A stretch of DNA of 32,000 nt from Cylindrospermopsis raciborskii Cr2010 (GTDB lineage Bacteria > Cyanobacteriota > Cyanobacteriia > Cyanobacteriales > Nostocaceae). The DNA lies in NCBI RefSeq assembly GCF_003367075.2, contig NZ_CP065936.1:2520001-2552000 (forward strand), read 5' to 3'. The notes beneath the pieces were generated by a model, which saw only the letters and a list, made by a program, of their open reading frames with translations, had not been told where the DNA came from and searched no databases. Below are positions 29,365 through 32,000 of the stretch, piece after piece (within the stretch, counting starts at the first letter, position 1; each line of letters starts with the position of its first letter). Made by a program: the position numbers and the translations under genes.

Positions 29365-29465
29365 ATATGACTGTATATTTTAAACCAAGAGGTAATGATA
29401 ATCCCAAAGCCTCTATTTTACGTGCCATGGTCACAACAATTTTGTACTAGTTATCAACTCTTATT

Positions 29466-29885
29466 ATGCTATCTAAGCTGTCAAAATTTCCCCTATTGTC
29501 AATTTTCACTGCTGCTAGTCTAATCTTTACTTTTCCACTAAATGCCAACGGTCAAAACCCGGCTATCACCAGTAGCGAAATCACTAACTATGCCCAAACA
29601 GTAATGATTATGGAACCTAAACGTCAGCAAGCCTTTAAAGAGATTAAAACTCTAATTAATACCAGAGCCATCCCCACAATTATTTGTAACGATGCAAACA
29701 GTATCAAGTTCCTACCCATAAGTGCCCAGAAAATAGCTATCAACTATTGTAATGAATATGAAGAAACAGTATCCCAACATAGTCTCACCGTTGACAGATT
29801 TAATCAAATCACAGCAGAAATTAATAATAATAGTGTTTTAAAAGAAAGAGTACAAAAATTAATTATGGAGAAAATGGGACTATAG
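29466..29885 (+). CDS. Secreted DUF4168-domain protein
   Basis: 139 aa. Signal peptide (LSIFTAASLIFTFPLNANG) and repeated helical motif (ITSSEITNYAQTV...; LTVDRFNQITAEINNNSVLKERVQKLI) as in DUF4168. Confidence 0.6.
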   Translation: MLSKLSKFPLLSIFTAASLIFTFPLNANGQNPAITSSEITNYAQTVMIMEPKRQQAFKEIKTLINTRAIPTIICNDANSIKFLPISAQKIAINYCNEYEETVSQHSLTVDRFNQITAEINNNSVLKERVQKLIMEKMGL

Positions 29886-29894
29886 TTGACTTTT

Positions 29895-29915
29895 CCCCGC
29901 TCTAAAGAGACGGGG
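29895..29915. terminator. GC-rich hairpin between convergent genes (terminator-like, non-canonical)
   Basis: CCCCG (29895-29899) / CGGGG (29911-29915) with an inner CTC/GAG extension and one bulge. Preceded by TTTT and followed by ATTCATT. No clean U-run on either strand. Confidence 0.3.
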
Positions 29916-29945
29916 ATTCATTAGAACCTTATCCTTGTCTTGTAT

Positions 29946-31385
29946 CTATGTGGAAAATTCCAACTTACAAGCCTTAAAAGCTCCTTGGGGAGGCAATTTC
30001 TCAAAACTAACCAAGGACAAACAATCAGGATTTTCTATCATTTCCTGAGACAATAAATATCCCGCAATAGTCCAAGTTTGGTACTTTCGCGCTTGTTTGC
30101 CAATTAATCTACCCTTTTTACCATCATAATACTCTGGCCACTGATCCTCACTTAGTCTGGATTGGGCAATTTCTATCGCCTCTTGGGCCATACTCACTCT
30201 TCCTGTTTTCACCGCTGCTGCAGCTAACATCCACATTAAAACCGGCCAATTTCCAGCATTGTGATAAGACCAAGGTATATTTTTAGGGTCACATCCTGTT
30301 ACCACTCTGTACTCTTCATTTTCCAAAGCAGGGAAGCAAATCTTAATTGGCATATCCCCTACCAAATCTTCCCATCTTTTTTCAATTAAATTCATAACCG
30401 CTTGTGCTTGTGTTTTTGTGGCTAAGTCACAAATCACTGCCATTAAATTACCCAGGGTAAAAAACCGGGTATCCAATTGAGAAGGTCCCACATTACCCGC
30501 AAAGTAACCCCCCTTTCTTGGTAACCATTTATCTAAATTATAATAGGGTAGGGAATCAGCATATATATTGAAAAGGTTTACCGCAGTTTTTCCGTACTCT
30601 TCACTCTTGAAGCGATAAATGTCACTGAGGCGATTAATATCTATCCAATAGTGTTCCCGAATATGTCCACCCAACAATGGTAATCTGTGGTCTATTGCTT
30701 CTACTATATCCTCGTTACCTTCACAAACCAACAACTCCCTTGCTGCACGTAATGCAGCAAAAAACAACACTTGTATTTCCAGTGGATGTCCGTAAATACC
30801 CATGCGCCTATCTATCATACAAGCACCATCTGGTACTAATATAGTAGGGTACATATCAAAGCGATTTGCTAAACAAATATCCATAATTAATCGAATACCT
30901 GTTTGGAAATCGGGTCGGTAGGCTAAATCATAATCATTCGTACTTACCACATAAGCCCGTAATAAGATTAACCACCAAAAACAAGAGTCTACTGGGGTCA
31001 CCCTAGCTATGGCGTGTTCTCCAAAATCAGCCTCTAAATGCTCTTCACCATGGTTAGTGACAACTTTAAAGCTGGCTGGAATTAATCCTCTACCTGGTTT
31101 GTAGGGATTCAAGTCCTTTTGTTTAGGCTGTAACTTTAATGTGGCCTCTAGAAAATTTTTAACAATGTCCGTTCTTCCCTTAATCAAAAATACCAATGCT
31201 GAAGAAACAAAATCTCTGACGAAACACTGATCATAGTTTAAAGCTTCTACAGACTGGTCAACAGCTGCTAATGTGCCTACTGGTTGTTTCTGATAGTAAA
31301 GAATTGACTGTTCTAAGGAATGCCATGCTTCTGCTTCTATATTTGCCTTCACATTAGCATTTGTGCGTGACTCATTCACTTGCAT
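29946..31385 (-). CDS. Alkaline/neutral invertase (glycoside hydrolase family 100)
   Basis: 479 aa. Strongly characteristic GH100 sequence ([68 protein letters not shown]). I cannot tell InvA-type from InvB-type without alignment. Confidence 0.93.
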   Translation of the reverse strand: MQVNESRTNANVKANIEAEAWHSLEQSILYYQKQPVGTLAAVDQSVEALNYDQCFVRDFVSSALVFLIKGRTDIVKNFLEATLKLQPKQKDLNPYKPGRGLIPASFKVVTNHGEEHLEADFGEHAIARVTPVDSCFWWLILLRAYVVSTNDYDLAYRPDFQTGIRLIMDICLANRFDMYPTILVPDGACMIDRRMGIYGHPLEIQVLFFAALRAARELLVCEGNEDIVEAIDHRLPLLGGHIREHYWIDINRLSDIYRFKSEEYGKTAVNLFNIYADSLPYYNLDKWLPRKGGYFAGNVGPSQLDTRFFTLGNLMAVICDLATKTQAQAVMNLIEKRWEDLVGDMPIKICFPALENEEYRVVTGCDPKNIPWSYHNAGNWPVLMWMLAAAAVKTGRVSMAQEAIEIAQSRLSEDQWPEYYDGKKGRLIGKQARKYQTWTIAGYLLSQEMIENPDCLSLVSFEKLPPQGAFKACKLEFST

Positions 31386-31898
31386 GGTTAGAATAACTCC
31401 AAGATGGGAAATTTTTGCCGAAACTACCTGAGATCTTCCTTACTATTTCCAGGTCAATGATTTTGTCCATGGTAAACAGCACCGTCGACACAAAATGTCA
31501 AGAAAAAGCATTTATAACTCTTACACGCTAAATAAATATCAAAACTAATTCCAGCACTCTTAATCACCCCTCTCGGCAAATACGCAGAAAATAAGTAAGT
31601 TAATTTACACTGAACTTTAAGTAATTAGGAGACTTAGTACCTTGGCTATCTTAATAAATTTGGAATTATTTTCCTGTAACTTATCTCCTATAATTGAATA
31701 ATCTATGATCTTTGACCTAAAAATGCAATATAGGTCACCCAAAACTTAGCATGTTAAATTTGCAGAAACTACATAATTTAAGATACATGTGAATTGAATT
31801 TAGCGCGACTTGTCGATTCAACTCCCCCCAACTTTAGTTGCGGGAGGCTAAAAAACAACGGTAGAATGGTAGTTGGCAAAAAAAAATCACCAACAATT

Positions 31899-32000
31899 AT
31901 GGGTAAGCAACGCGTTTTGTCTGGAGTTCAACCAACTGGTAACTTACACTTAGGGAACTATTTAGGTGCTATTCGCAACTGGGTAGAGATGCAAGACCAG
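31899..32000 (+). CDS. trpS: Tryptophanyl-tRNA synthetase, N-terminal 34 codons (continues past window end)
   Basis: ATG at 31899. [34 protein letters not shown] is a class I aaRS HIGH-type motif (TGNLHLGN) in the TrpS context. Confidence 0.8.
   Translation, partial: MGKQRVLSGVQPTGNLHLGNYLGAIRNWVEMQDQ

Noticed and set aside
31595-31608. GTAAGTTAATTTAC, a perfect GTA-N8-TAC NtcA-type palindrome between the invertase gene and trpS
   Set aside because: I found no TAN3T -10 box at the canonical ~22-nt spacing on either strand, and such a 6-nt-specified palindrome is not rare in AT-rich DNA. Kept only as a note inside the invertase finding.
31386-31898. Possible T-box, riboswitch or tRNA upstream of trpS
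   Set aside because: I saw no specifier or T-box consensus, no cloverleaf-compatible arms, and only short weak hairpins (e.g. CTCCC/GGGAG around 31832-31856).

Overview
The window comes from a heterocyst-forming (Nostocales-type) cyanobacterium. It is AT-rich, has at least seven HIP1 octamers (GCGATCGC), and carries the heterocyst-type genes fdxH, hesA and hesB. Positions ~2.45-17.8 kb (minus strand) hold a complete, contiguous main nitrogen-fixation cluster in the classical Anabaena order: nifB-fdxN-nifS-nifU-nifH-nifD-nifK-nifE-nifN-nifX-DUF269-DUF683-nifW-hesA-hesB-fdxH, followed by an orphan feoA. No excision element interrupts nifD or fdxN. The left flank holds a partial membrane-protein gene, a DUF3611 gene and serS. 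The right flank holds a SUI1/YciH homologue, a 218-aa unknown, a beta-helix protein with six SLH domains, and a tightly packed GldA/GldF/GldG-like ABC operon with DUF4340 and a FemAB-like (COG3146) gene. It continues with DUF4346, a TPM/Psb32-like gene, holA, DUF4168, an alkaline/neutral invertase and the start of trpS. I found no CRISPR array, transposase, integrase, tRNA/rRNA gene or recognisable defence island, and nothing I can defend as a clearly new system. The observations ordinary annotation does not explain are these. (1) One stem-loop element is present in two copies, 10-11 nt after the nifB and fdxH stop codons. (2) A 22-bp-period tandem direct repeat plus an A9 tract lies ~220-260 bp upstream of nifB. 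(3) The 448-bp nifK-nifE spacer has three strong hairpins and no credible ORF. (4) The uncharacterised ABC/DUF4340/FemAB-like operon is divergent from a beta-helix/6xSLH protein that lacks a signal peptide. (5) A 218-aa protein has an N-terminal motif whose spacing resembles a DnaD-like domain. All functional calls rest on motif recognition in the supplied translations; no database search was possible.
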